Shown: positions 1 to 9,082, counted from the first letter of the stretch. The stretch: DNA of 19,482 nucleotides from Candidatus Thorarchaeota archaeon (GCA_011364905.1 RDNZ01000048.1:1-19482), one strand, 5' to 3'. The notes: generated from the sequence alone by a model not told the origin. Numbers and translations are program-made.

Positions 1-307
1 CCATCACAAGCTCACGGGTCGGTGAACTCATTCCAAAGATAAGCATACAAGTCTGATTGGTCAGTGAAGCGAGCCGCTCAGCAAGAGTCCGTACCAGTGT
101 ACTATCAATCTCCTTTGTGAAGAATCCAATCGATGTAGGTCCAGAACGACCCTGTCCTGCTGGAATTGCCATGGCAGACAGACCAAGTCTAAACTTCTCT
201 GAATCAGAGATCAGAACTATCAGACCGTTTGTCATGTTCATGATGCGTATCCTAATGGTCCCTGCAGTTGTTTCTGATGAGAACTCCTCAATATCATCGA
301 ATTCCAT
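1..307 (-). CDS. Proteasome assembly chaperone 4 (PAC4/PSMG4)-like protein, partial (runs off the left edge)
   Basis: Not in the ORF track. Manual translation from ATG at 307: MEFDDIEEFSSETTAGTIRIRIMNMTNGLIVLISDSEKFRLGLSAMAIPAGQGRSGPTSIGFFTKEIDSTLVRTLAERLASLTNQTCMLIFGMSSPTRELVM..., open to the edge. AGGTGA SD motif at 319..314. The pattern (beta strands, LxxAIP, PTS, LAERLA-x-xT-N-x-x-hhh) resembles PAC4-family proteins as I recall them. Confidence 0.7.
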   Translation of the reverse strand, partial: MEFDDIEEFSSETTAGTIRIRIMNMTNGLIVLISDSEKFRLGLSAMAIPAGQGRSGPTSIGFFTKEIDSTLVRTLAERLASLTNQTCMLIFGMSSPTRELVM

Positions 308-413
308 GACCAGTCACCTACCTAAGAACTCTGGCAGGATAAATCACTAGCGTTAGCAGTGTTCAGAAGCAACAGGATTATCAAGGTATTGTCAAGCAGT
401 GCATAGAGGTCTG

Positions 414-2345
414 ATGACTGAAAGTTCCTCGAGCTATACGGACTTCTTTCCGTATCCTGAAGCACGCGATGGTCAGGAGGAGATGATGGCCAAGATTCAG
501 GAGTCTGTCCGTCTGGGTATTCATATCTGCTCAGAGGCACCGAATGGCTTTGGAAAAACCTGTGTTACACTAAGTGCTATTCTACCATGGATTAGGGAGA
601 AGGAGGGAAAAATCCTCTATTGTGCACGTACGCACAGACAGCTTGATCGTGTTATTGAAGAGCTTGGAGCGATTTCGCATCACAAAGATGTGTCTGGTGT
701 TTCATTCCGCGGACGACGACACATGTGTTTGAACTCGTTTGTGCTTGAGAATGCAGATTTTGTCGCACCAATTTCAGAGGTCTGTGGTCAACTAAAGGCA
801 ACAGGGAGATGTACCTACTATGAGAACCTTCGACGTGCTGGAAGTCCAGAAGACCTCTTAGAGGATATGCCAAAGAAGGTGCTCTCGGCACCCGAAATAG
901 CAAAGATTGCCAGCAGTAAGTCACTATGCCCATATGAACTGACAAAACGTCTTGCCAAGGTAGTAGATGTCGTTGCACTATCATATCTCTATGTCTTTGA
1001 CCCATGGATACTCGAAGTCTTCCTCCCTGAACTTGACACGCCTCCTTCAAAGATGGTACTTGTACAAGATGAGGCGCACAACGTACCAGCCACAGCATTG
1101 GACTCAGCAAGTGACTCACTGCCGATTGCCACAATAAGGCAAGCCCTTCGTGAGGCAACAACCTACAATGATGAGCCCTCCAAGGATTTCGCTCGAGCAC
1201 TGGCAAAAACAATACTTGAACTATCTGCAGATATGAAACAGGTCGAGGAACGTGTCGTAGATCCTCGAAGAATAGTAGAAACTACAATCAAGGTAGCTCA
1301 GTTAGAACATCAACCTCAGATACTTGCTCATATGAAGGACTTGGGGGCAAAGATAAGACGAGGACTACTCAAGGCTGGCAAGTTTCCACGCTCGTCGATA
1401 CACAGGGTGAGCGAGTTTCTGATAAGGTGGCTTCGATGTACAGAACGGAAGGACTATGCATTCCTTCTGGTATCAACAAGAGGCTATGGAGAGAGCAGGA
1501 GAGTTTCACTGGACCTTGTGGCACTAGATCCCATTTCAGTTACAGGAAACGTTCTGGACATGGTTCATAACTCGGTGGCAATTTCTGGAACAATATCCCC
1601 TTTGGATGCTTACGCTGAGATGTTGGGATTCGGGGCAGATGCGGTCAAAGCGACCTTTCAAAGCCCATTTGCAAAGAAGAATAGGCTTGGTCTGATAATC
1701 AACGGCCTAGACACATCATTTCAGAACCGGAGTCAGACAACCTTTGAAAGAATGGTAGAACACTGTGTTGCAGTCGCAAACGCAACTCCAAGCAATACAG
1801 GTATTTTTGCATCGAGCTACTCTATAGGCAAATCACTGATAGATGCAGGTCTTGAAAAGCGGCTCCGACGTAAACTCTTCCTGGAAAAACCTGGCATGAA
1901 AGGCACTGAGAATGATAGAATGATAGAGGAGTTTAGAAGACAAGGAAACAAGAGTGGTGCGGTGCTTCTTGGTGTGCAGGGTGGGCGTAATTCTGAGGGC
2001 GGCGATTTTCCGGGGCCCACCATGGAGAGCGTAGTCGTAGTAGGCGTTCCTTATGCCAAACCCACTCCAAGAATGGAAGCGCTGATCGGTTATTACGATC
2101 TTAGATTCAATCAGAAAGGTCGGGACTATGCATATGTTCTCCCCGCAATGACCCGGGCGATTCAGGCTGCTGGTAGACCTGTGAGACGGTTGGATGACAG
2201 AGGTGTGATTGTGATGCTCGACCAGCGATTTAGTACACCCTATCTTACTAGATTCTTTCCATCTTGGTTGGCTGATGTTACACAGGTCATTCCAGACGAC
2301 CCAGAAGTGACCTCTCATCAAGTTGAGAGCTTCTTTGTCCTTTAG
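414..2345 (+). CDS. xpd: XPD/Rad3-family Fe-S cluster 5'-3' DNA helicase
   Basis: Q-motif (FPYPEARDGQ), Walker A EAPNGFGKT, ARTHRQL, four Fe-S Cys (HMCLN, EVC, GRC, LCPYE), DEAH, SGT, SEGGDF, VGVPY, QAAGRPVR. The track starts at GTG 399; ATG 414 follows GAGGT and is the preferred start. Confidence 0.93.
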   Translation: MTESSSSYTDFFPYPEARDGQEEMMAKIQESVRLGIHICSEAPNGFGKTCVTLSAILPWIREKEGKILYCARTHRQLDRVIEELGAISHHKDVSGVSFRGRRHMCLNSFVLENADFVAPISEVCGQLKATGRCTYYENLRRAGSPEDLLEDMPKKVLSAPEIAKIASSKSLCPYELTKRLAKVVDVVALSYLYVFDPWILEVFLPELDTPPSKMVLVQDEAHNVPATALDSASDSLPIATIRQALREATTYNDEPSKDFARALAKTILELSADMKQVEERVVDPRRIVETTIKVAQLEHQPQILAHMKDLGAKIRRGLLKAGKFPRSSIHRVSEFLIRWLRCTERKDYAFLLVSTRGYGESRRVSLDLVALDPISVTGNVLDMVHNSVAISGTISPLDAYAEMLGFGADAVKATFQSPFAKKNRLGLIINGLDTSFQNRSQTTFERMVEHCVAVANATPSNTGIFASSYSIGKSLIDAGLEKRLRRKLFLEKPGMKGTENDRMIEEFRRQGNKSGAVLLGVQGGRNSEGGDFPGPTMESVVVVGVPYAKPTPRMEALIGYYDLRFNQKGRDYAYVLPAMTRAIQAAGRPVRRLDDRGVIVMLDQRFSTPYLTRFFPSWLADVTQVIPDDPEVTSHQVESFFVL

Positions 2346-3106
2346 CAATTGTCTGACACTATGCAGTCCAATGACAACTCTCCCAACAGAATGGCTCGAG
2401 CCTGCTCAGAAGAGAGAGAGGTCCCACCTCTCGAGAATCGTTGTACAAATGTCTTCAAAGACCGTATATACCCTGCTTTGGGTTCAAGAATTATGTCTTT
2501 CTCCTCCTGCGGTCGACCGTTTCTTCCTGCAATAATTATCGCTGATGACTGGTCAGATGTGACACCGCCTGAGATGGTAGTGTGATGTTCATTCACGAGC
2601 TCTATTTTGAGACCGGGGAACTCCTGGACCATCCTTCTTAGATACAAGGCCAAGTACAGTTTCGAACCAGTTCCAGCGCGAACAATGGTTTCACACTGAG
2701 GAAAGAGACGCGACACATACGATTCCAGACGCGATGTCATTCTGGCTGCAGTGCCTGGAGTGGATAACGAACTTCTGAAAGCGACAACCCCATCAATGAC
2801 AAGTACAGCTCCAAATCGCATTCCAGGATCAATACCAATGACTGCAAGAGAGGGATTGAACACATTCTCTAGTTTGGACATGACTTCAACTGATATGAAA
2901 TCTGGATCCATGTCCTCATCGACGAGAACTATCGCGTCATGATTGTTAAAGTCATCAAGCGTTGTTATGACTACCTTGGCATCCTCGCATTGAGAATCGC
3001 CAGGAGGGCAGACTACAAACTTTAGATTGAGCTTCTTCAGAAGTTCGATGACAAGATAAAGAACCTTGGGGTTCTCTGTGGCAATTGCAACCTGCCACCT
3101 GAGCAT
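2342..3106 (-). CDS. RNase H-fold nuclease-like protein, YqgF/RuvX-like domain with N- and C-terminal extensions
   Basis: VIGIDPG beta1 motif, ELVNEHHTT (cf. YqgF VDERxTT) and SDQSSAIIIA (cf. D-x-x-AA-x-x-I). Its stop overlaps the xpd stop by 4 nt. Confidence 0.65.
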   Translation of the reverse strand: MLRWQVAIATENPKVLYLVIELLKKLNLKFVVCPPGDSQCEDAKVVITTLDDFNNHDAIVLVDEDMDPDFISVEVMSKLENVFNPSLAVIGIDPGMRFGAVLVIDGVVAFRSSLSTPGTAARMTSRLESYVSRLFPQCETIVRAGTGSKLYLALYLRRMVQEFPGLKIELVNEHHTTISGGVTSDQSSAIIIAGRNGRPQEEKDIILEPKAGYIRSLKTFVQRFSRGGTSLSSEQARAILLGELSLDCIVSDNC

Positions 3107-3160
3107 GATGTTTTGTCCTTCTAGATATGCTTATCACCCGAAAGTGATGACAAGAAGACA

Positions 3161-3862
3161 GTGAGATTCAATTTGATTCTTCCGTCTGGGGTATCCCTAA
3201 TCGACCGTATTCTAAATGGGGGACTCCACACGGGTCTGTTTACACATGTTTTTGGGGAAGCAGCTGCGGGAAAGACAACACTTGCTCTGCAGTTCGCAAA
3301 AACCGCACAGAGACTCGATTTGGGAACAATCTATGTGAATTCTGAAAACTCGTCTCCAATCAAAAGACTTGAACAGATGACTACTCAATCATTCAGCGAT
3401 ATTGAAGATTCGGTGAAGATTCTGCTTCCAAAAGGGTTCAAAGAGCAAGGTGTGTTGATTGACGACTTGGAGTTGTACTTACACGACAACACGAGACTCG
3501 TCATTATTGACACTCTAACGAGATACTACAGACTGGAGCTTGAGGATAAGAAGACCAACTATGTCAAACATCGAGAACTCAATAGACAAGCGGGTGTTTT
3601 GAAAGGGTTGGCGAGAAATCATGACATCGTGGTGCTGGTACTGAATCAGGTAAGAGCGAATTTTGAGGAGGGTACTGATTTTGAACCAGTTGCTAAGAAT
3701 ATCTTAGATTATTGGTCAGATTATTCAATCAAACTACGTGTTGCACAAGGAACTGGTGAGAGAATTATGGAACGAATAAGACCTGAAGGTGAGTTCTCTG
3801 ATGGGCGGTTGTATCTCGTTGAGAGTGGCTTCTCACCAAAGAAGGACAAGGAGAAAGAGTGA
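3161..3862 (+). CDS. radB: RadB-like RecA/Rad51 paralog (core ATPase domain only)
   Basis: PSGVSLIDRILNGG, Walker A GEAAAGKTT, Walker B LVIIDTL followed by YYRLE, VLNQV, ILDYWSD. 233 aa with no N-terminal HhH domain. Confidence 0.82.
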   Translation: MRFNLILPSGVSLIDRILNGGLHTGLFTHVFGEAAAGKTTLALQFAKTAQRLDLGTIYVNSENSSPIKRLEQMTTQSFSDIEDSVKILLPKGFKEQGVLIDDLELYLHDNTRLVIIDTLTRYYRLELEDKKTNYVKHRELNRQAGVLKGLARNHDIVVLVLNQVRANFEEGTDFEPVAKNILDYWSDYSIKLRVAQGTGERIMERIRPEGEFSDGRLYLVESGFSPKKDKEKE

Positions 3863-3900
3863 AATTGGTTTACTAGAGGGCAGATGTGGAGTATCACTCA

Positions 3901-4461
3901 ATGTACGAAGAACTTGCAATCTTTGAACTTTCAATCTGGCTTGGTCTGTCAGCATGGTTTGCCAATGCAATCCCTGTAATAGGTGGCGGCGGAAGACCTA
4001 TTGATGGTGGGAGATACTTTAGAGATGGACGGCGTATACTGGGTGATGGGAAAACGATACGGGGGTTTGTTATCGGAGTCTGTTTCGGCACGTTTACCGG
4101 TGTAGTGCAATTCCTAGCAGCGCCACACCTGAGACCAATACTTGCACAGTATGTCATGGTTACGCCAGAGATGGACTACGTGCTCAGTATAGGTGTCCCG
4201 GCAACGTTTCTTATGTCAATGGGGGCCTTAACTGGAGACGCGATTGGTTCGTTCATCAAGCGGCGAATTCACGTAAAGAGCGGAGACCCTTCTCCATTTC
4301 TTGACCAAGTGGGATTCATAATCATGGCATTGATCTTCGCTTTTCCACTCATGGCACCAAGCCCCATTTTCGTCATGATTTTGATCATCACTACTTTGGG
4401 TATACACTGGGTCAGCAACATACTGTCATACTTGGCGGGACTGAAAAAGAATCCATGGTAA
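3901..4461 (+). CDS. carS: CDP-2,3-bis-(O-geranylgeranyl)-sn-glycerol synthase (CDP-archaeol synthase)
   Basis: ANAIPV-GGGRPIDGG...DGRRILGDGKT-RG, GDAIGSFIKRR, PFLDQ, C-terminal GLKKNPW, several TM helices. Alternative GTG start at 3886. Confidence 0.95.
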   Translation: MYEELAIFELSIWLGLSAWFANAIPVIGGGGRPIDGGRYFRDGRRILGDGKTIRGFVIGVCFGTFTGVVQFLAAPHLRPILAQYVMVTPEMDYVLSIGVPATFLMSMGALTGDAIGSFIKRRIHVKSGDPSPFLDQVGFIIMALIFAFPLMAPSPIFVMILIITTLGIHWVSNILSYLAGLKKNPW

Positions 4462-4471
4462 ATGATATGCA

Positions 4472-4490
4472 AGGAAAACCATAAAAGGTG
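4472..4490 (+). promoter_or_regulatory. Putative BRE/TATA promoter for the CBS-domain gene
   Basis: Purine-rich GGAAAA followed by CCATAAAAG in the gap after the carS stop. Confidence 0.4.
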
Positions 4491-4514
4491 ACCCAAAGGA
4501 CAGTATGCCATCTA

Positions 4515-4557
4515 CATCAATTCCACTGGACTGCTTCAATGTCCAAGTGACTTGATG
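4515..4557 (+). other. Stem-loop in the leader of the CBS-domain gene
   Basis: CATCAA/TTGATG, CACT/AGTG and GGAC/GTCC arms closing the loop TGCTTCAAT (about 15 bp with bulges). Confidence 0.5.
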
Positions 4558-4594
4558 GGTGTTCAAGTTTCTACAAACCGGAGTAGTCCTAATA

Positions 4595-5455
4595 ATGATG
4601 GTCAAGGATTGCATGCGTTCGGACGTAGTGTACGTTTCTGTACCTGGGACAAGGGAAGATGTTCTTCAGCTGATGGCTGAGAAACAGGTTAATGGTGTTC
4701 CAGTAGTGAAGAAGGGGACCAAATCACTTGTGGGAATTGTCACACGAACTGATTTGCTTCGCAAGGCTGATGAAAATCAGTTGGCAATGCTCATGGTGAG
4801 AGACCCAGAAACTGTCACTCCTAGAACTGATATTAGAACTGCTCTCAAGATAATGATTGAGAAGAGATTCAGAAGACTTCCTGTTGTTGAGAAGGACAAT
4901 CTTGTTGGTTTGGTTTCCATCCCTGATATTCTTGGAGCCACACTTGAGGGCAATGAGAAATTCGGATTGTTGGAACTATCTGAGTTTGTTAAGCGAACAG
5001 TGACCGCAATATGGGAGAAGACGCCTCTTCCACTCTCCTATGTGATAATGGAGATGGCTGGCAAGAATGGTCTTGTTGTGCTTGGTGAGGGAGGCAACGT
5101 TTCGGGCATGATTACCGTGAGCGACTATATACGCCTCTCAGAGGTCACTATTGAAGACAACATATCACAAACGTTCAGCGGCACTGATAGCAGCGTAGAT
5201 TGGGGATGGACATCGAAAGACTTCCTTGTTGTTACCAAGAAACTTCTTCGACTACCTGGCACCGCGGTCCAAGAAGTGATGACCAAGAATATCATCAGTT
5301 TTACTGAAATTACCACTGTAGAAGAATGTGTCAGAACTCTCCGTACTGAAGATATAGACCAAGCACCTGTGTTGTCAGTCACTGGTAGCCTGGTAGGTAT
5401 GATTGAGGATCAGGACCTCCTGCCTCTTGCTTTGAAGTCCCTCGACGAAGATTAG
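4595..5455 (+). CDS. CBS domain-containing protein (four CBS motifs, two Bateman modules)
   Basis: MVKDCM start, GVPVV...LVGIVTRTDLL, RRLPVVE...LVGLVSIPDIL, VSGMITVSD, VQEVMTK...APVL...LVGMIEDQDLL. The track GTG start is 4559; ATG 4595/4598 is more plausible. Confidence 0.9.
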   Translation: MMVKDCMRSDVVYVSVPGTREDVLQLMAEKQVNGVPVVKKGTKSLVGIVTRTDLLRKADENQLAMLMVRDPETVTPRTDIRTALKIMIEKRFRRLPVVEKDNLVGLVSIPDILGATLEGNEKFGLLELSEFVKRTVTAIWEKTPLPLSYVIMEMAGKNGLVVLGEGGNVSGMITVSDYIRLSEVTIEDNISQTFSGTDSSVDWGWTSKDFLVVTKKLLRLPGTAVQEVMTKNIISFTEITTVEECVRTLRTEDIDQAPVLSVTGSLVGMIEDQDLLPLALKSLDED

Positions 5456-8400
5456 GACTCAAAGAAGTCGGTCAGGGTAGTTTGTTCTGAAACAAACAAT
5501 GAGTCCAGAGATGAGACAATGAGCTTTAGTCGCTCCTGAAGATATTGATCAAGCCCATGGTCTTCAATGATCTTTCTTGTCACATCTAGATACTTGGAGA
5601 TGTTTTTTTGCCTGACTGTCAATGATAGCTTATTCCCACAGATGCAGTTGCCGGAGAGGGGAACTCGCCTGTAGATTCTTCGACATTTCTGGCACTGTAT
5701 CTTCTGTGTAGAGTATGCTCTCAGATTACCACGTATGTCCCGGAAGAAGTGGTGAGAGAGAACGCGTTCAGCAACATCCCTTGAGTCAACAGCTGATATC
5801 AGTGTGGCTAGCTTCAATTGAGCGCCTAGTTTTTCTTCCATGCTACCTAATGTCTTGTATCTCGAGTTTCTGGGGCCACTGTCGAATGATGAGGTGCTAT
5901 GCGTGAAACCAAATCCCTCATACTGCATCGCAGAATTGAGACGCGACGCGACGATGTCAACGAGACCCTCCACGTCCTTGGGATGCCTAGCTTCAGCAAC
6001 CATGCTATAAAACTCAGCAGGATATCGCCTGCAGACCTCCATATTATGACTCTCGTCATCCACCTCAGTAGGATTGAGGATTACCGAAAGGACTAGAGGC
6101 GCATCCATTAGACCGCCTCTGCCAGCTGGAAGATAGCTCTTGGAGAAGTTCAGAAGTGCGTCAAGGACAAGTATGATAGCATCCTCATCACCATCACAAT
6201 TTCTCCTCTTCGCCGCGTGCCAATAGGGATGAGCATAGCAAACACTAGCGTTCGTGAATCCAATGATTCGGCCTATGATTCCAGCTGATGTGTGTGGTGC
6301 AAGACCAATGATAAGCTGTCCTACAACATCTTCTTGAGCATCAAAGTGATAGTACCGATCTAGACCATATATCTTCTCTAGGCAGTCGTCAATGAATCTG
6401 CCAACTCTCACTAGATACATTGCGCAGTTCTCTGGAACAACTATGTCCTGAACCTTGAGTTCCACGACCTGATCATCAGAGATTAGAGGTTCTCCATCCA
6501 TATCAGTGATATATCCCATCTCGCGAAGACGGCTGACCGGTGTTCCTATCTCCTTAGGTGTAAAGTGTGTTAAGGGAGCATCAGTAGCATCAAACCGGGC
6601 TGTTCCATCACGATAGCAGTACACATCATGTTTGGCTCGTAAAATTCCCTTACCGAGATATTCGGGGATTTTATAGTCGCTAGTGAGTCCGAGAACTCCT
6701 CTGACACCGTGCGCTTCAAACTCACCCACTTCAGACTTGACGCGATTGATTAAAGCAGTGATGTCAACAGGTATCTTCTTCGTCACCCGAATCAGGTTCA
6801 CGTCATGACTATATCGACACATACCCGTGTTGGGATCGACAGGTAGTCCACAGTCCTCATGGGAACACCAAGGCTGAATATCAGTATGAACACCGCATTG
6901 AGGACATCTCGATTCAAAAGTTGTTAAGGAACAATTCGGGCATACTCGAGAGACCATCTCAAGCTCAACACCACTGGATTCAGGTGTTTCAAGATTCATC
7001 GAACCGTCTTCGAATGTTTCAAGTGTTGAGATATGCTCTACACTCTTGGCAACCTCTTCTATTCGACGCTCAGTCCCTTTAGTACGGCCAACAGGGAATA
7101 GCACTTGGACCGGGGGTCGCATTCTTCGTTCTTCTGCTTTTTCAGGTCGACCCATTCTAGCGCCAATCGAGAATCCGACCTTGTCTCGTAGCTTCACAGA
7201 TGCAACAGAGTTCATCAGTTCAAGCGAGGTTTTTCCTTTTGGTTTTACTCCTTTCTTTCCAAGTTGCGCTAAGATGGAAACCGAATCATCACTGAGATGA
7301 ATTCTCTTCTTTTTGGATACCAGAGTGTGCGGTATCCCTGCTTTCTCTAACAACTTCTTGTACTCTTTCTTGAAAGGTAGGACAACTGAGGACTCTTTTA
7401 CGGTGTGCTCTGTAAGAAGCCAGTTTCTCAGCTTTAGAGTTTCTTCAGGAGTGAGTGAGAGCCAACGGTACAGATAGAATGGATGCAGTGGAACTCCGAG
7501 ATTCTTTGACAAATATACTGCCTGTGATGCACTCGGAATCTGTGTGAGTGGTTTGTTTACGAACTGAGTTACATTCTCCTTGGTTAAATCGGACTTCGAG
7601 AGAAGTTCCTCAAACTTAGGCACAGAGATTCTAGAAATGGCGTGGTCAAGGTCATGTGACCACCATTCTTCGCAATATCCTGATGGGACAAGTGGATGGT
7701 TATTCTCAAGGAACTCTCCTAGAGCAACGAGAACATCACCTAGATACAGAATCTTTTCGACCTTGCTTTCTAGCCTCCTAGCCTCATCGGAGTTATTCAC
7801 TCGGACAACAGATCCATCCTTGAGGAGGACTGTTGGTCCTTCGATGGAGTCAACTGGAGTAACTATGGATCCTTTCCCAGGTCTCTCTGTTCTTATATGG
7901 GTCCCAGGAGCTAGAAACTCCTCCACGATATACATGGTAGCAGGATGAACACCAACCCCAGCGAGACCGGTATTCCTGGACCTGCCATATCTCAGTCTGA
8001 ACCCACCAATGCGGGAGGGGTGCGAAAATACAGGTCGACCACCAATGACATCAGCCAAATAGTCTGACTTTGGCTCGAGTTTCTTATCTGCTGTGTCTTC
8101 CTCCTTACTGGAGGCAACTTTTGACATTCTAGATGAGAGTTCCTCAAGCCACTCCCACCCTTCAATGTGATTACTGCTAACAATCTTTGCTAGTTTCACA
8201 GCTCTTCCAATAACACCATCGTTGAGAACTAGTACAGCACCTCCACGCACCCTATTTGACTCAATGCGGTCAAGGTCACGACTTCCCGACACCTCGAATT
8301 CTTCTGTCGGGTCTCCAGTCAGCATTATTGGCAAGCGGGATGCAGCGAATCGTACCAATTCAGGGTAGACAGGATACTGAAAGTGAACATTGCGTGCGTA

Positions 8401-8988
8401 GAGCTCAACCTCCTCCAAGGCACGCTCTGTTTCTTCCGGTGTCGCTTTAAATGCGGGGAGCTTGAGCACCTGACGTACATAGTCAGCAACAAGAACAGTC
8501 ATTGCAGCCTCGGTCCCCCCTGCTGCACGTATTGGACCAGCAAGATACAATGCAAGATACTGCTCATCTCCTGATCCCCTGATCCGGACCTTGGCTATCC
8601 CCTCAAGTGGTGCTGCTGTGATGCTTTCAGTCAGGATAGAGAGAGCTACTCGAACAGCCTTATCTGCAGCCTTTTCTGCGTCTGTGATACCACCTAGCTT
8701 CCCCTCGGCAATCTCCTTAGCAACGGTGAAGGCAACCTCCTCGCGGGTTTTACCCTCCTGCAGTTCGCGAATACGCTTCGCAACTCCTATGGGACCCTCT
8801 AGAGTAGCTTCGACACGTGCAGCCACATCATGAGCAGGAGGAATCTCAACCCTTGTGGTGGGATCAAACCCCTGAAACCGGGCTGTGTCTGCAATCGCAT
8901 AGAGTGTATGAATCTCCTCATTTAGCGCTGCAAAATATCGGTCATAGAAGATGCTATGCTCAGGAAGAGTGAGTTCAGATTCTGTCAC
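5452..8988 (-). CDS. polC: DNA polymerase D large subunit (DP2), intein-free
   Basis: AGPIRAAGGT, NRVRGGAVLV, GGFRLRYGRSRN, GARMGRPEKA, GLAPHTSAG, catalytic HAAKRRNCDGDED, GGLMDAPL, Zn fingers and C-terminal PIP box QTTLTDFF. Confidence 0.98.
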   Translation of the reverse strand: MTESELTLPEHSIFYDRYFAALNEEIHTLYAIADTARFQGFDPTTRVEIPPAHDVAARVEATLEGPIGVAKRIRELQEGKTREEVAFTVAKEIAEGKLGGITDAEKAADKAVRVALSILTESITAAPLEGIAKVRIRGSGDEQYLALYLAGPIRAAGGTEAAMTVLVADYVRQVLKLPAFKATPEETERALEEVELYARNVHFQYPVYPELVRFAASRLPIMLTGDPTEEFEVSGSRDLDRIESNRVRGGAVLVLNDGVIGRAVKLAKIVSSNHIEGWEWLEELSSRMSKVASSKEEDTADKKLEPKSDYLADVIGGRPVFSHPSRIGGFRLRYGRSRNTGLAGVGVHPATMYIVEEFLAPGTHIRTERPGKGSIVTPVDSIEGPTVLLKDGSVVRVNNSDEARRLESKVEKILYLGDVLVALGEFLENNHPLVPSGYCEEWWSHDLDHAISRISVPKFEELLSKSDLTKENVTQFVNKPLTQIPSASQAVYLSKNLGVPLHPFYLYRWLSLTPEETLKLRNWLLTEHTVKESSVVLPFKKEYKKLLEKAGIPHTLVSKKKRIHLSDDSVSILAQLGKKGVKPKGKTSLELMNSVASVKLRDKVGFSIGARMGRPEKAEERRMRPPVQVLFPVGRTKGTERRIEEVAKSVEHISTLETFEDGSMNLETPESSGVELEMVSRVCPNCSLTTFESRCPQCGVHTDIQPWCSHEDCGLPVDPNTGMCRYSHDVNLIRVTKKIPVDITALINRVKSEVGEFEAHGVRGVLGLTSDYKIPEYLGKGILRAKHDVYCYRDGTARFDATDAPLTHFTPKEIGTPVSRLREMGYITDMDGEPLISDDQVVELKVQDIVVPENCAMYLVRVGRFIDDCLEKIYGLDRYYHFDAQEDVVGQLIIGLAPHTSAGIIGRIIGFTNASVCYAHPYWHAAKRRNCDGDEDAIILVLDALLNFSKSYLPAGRGGLMDAPLVLSVILNPTEVDDESHNMEVCRRYPAEFYSMVAEARHPKDVEGLVDIVASRLNSAMQYEGFGFTHSTSSFDSGPRNSRYKTLGSMEEKLGAQLKLATLISAVDSRDVAERVLSHHFFRDIRGNLRAYSTQKIQCQKCRRIYRRVPLSGNCICGNKLSLTVRQKNISKYLDVTRKIIEDHGLDQYLQERLKLIVSSLDSLFVSEQTTLTDFFES

Positions 8989-9082
8989 TAAAGGTCAACC
9001 TACCTCTGTCGCAATTGCGTATTTTGTGTTTCGCTCTGTGAGGACTAGAAATTCTCCAAGCTCGTGCATATTGAGGTATGGA

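Noticed and set aside
57-350. 97-aa plus-strand ORF
   Set aside because: Antisense shadow of the PAC4-like minus-strand gene, which has an SD motif and family-like motifs.
2315-2342. PIP-box-like XPD C-terminus (SHQVESFF)
   Set aside because: It lacks Gln at the canonical position, unlike the clear QTTLTDFF in DP2; too weak to call.
322-2942. Overlapping ORFs 322..540, 652..1212, 1817..2023, 1833..2348, 2323..2535, 2349..2585, 2751..2942
   Set aside because: Antisense or out-of-frame shadows of xpd and the RNase H-fold gene, with no recognisable motifs.
3144-3150. GTGATGA C-box-like motif
   Set aside because: No suitably placed downstream CTGA D box, and too little room for a C/D sRNA.
4555-4575. 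GGGTGTTCAAGT resembles a tRNA T-loop
   Set aside because: No T-stem, acceptor stem or anticodon arm can be built around it.
6150-6260. Possible intein at the DP2 catalytic region
   Set aside because: HPYWHAAKRRNCDGDED is contiguous and the protein length is normal, so there is no insertion.
5715-8833. Several plus-strand ORFs and short minus-strand ORFs within polC
   Set aside because: Shadows of a highly conserved gene, with the Ser/Thr/Pro-rich composition typical of antisense frames.
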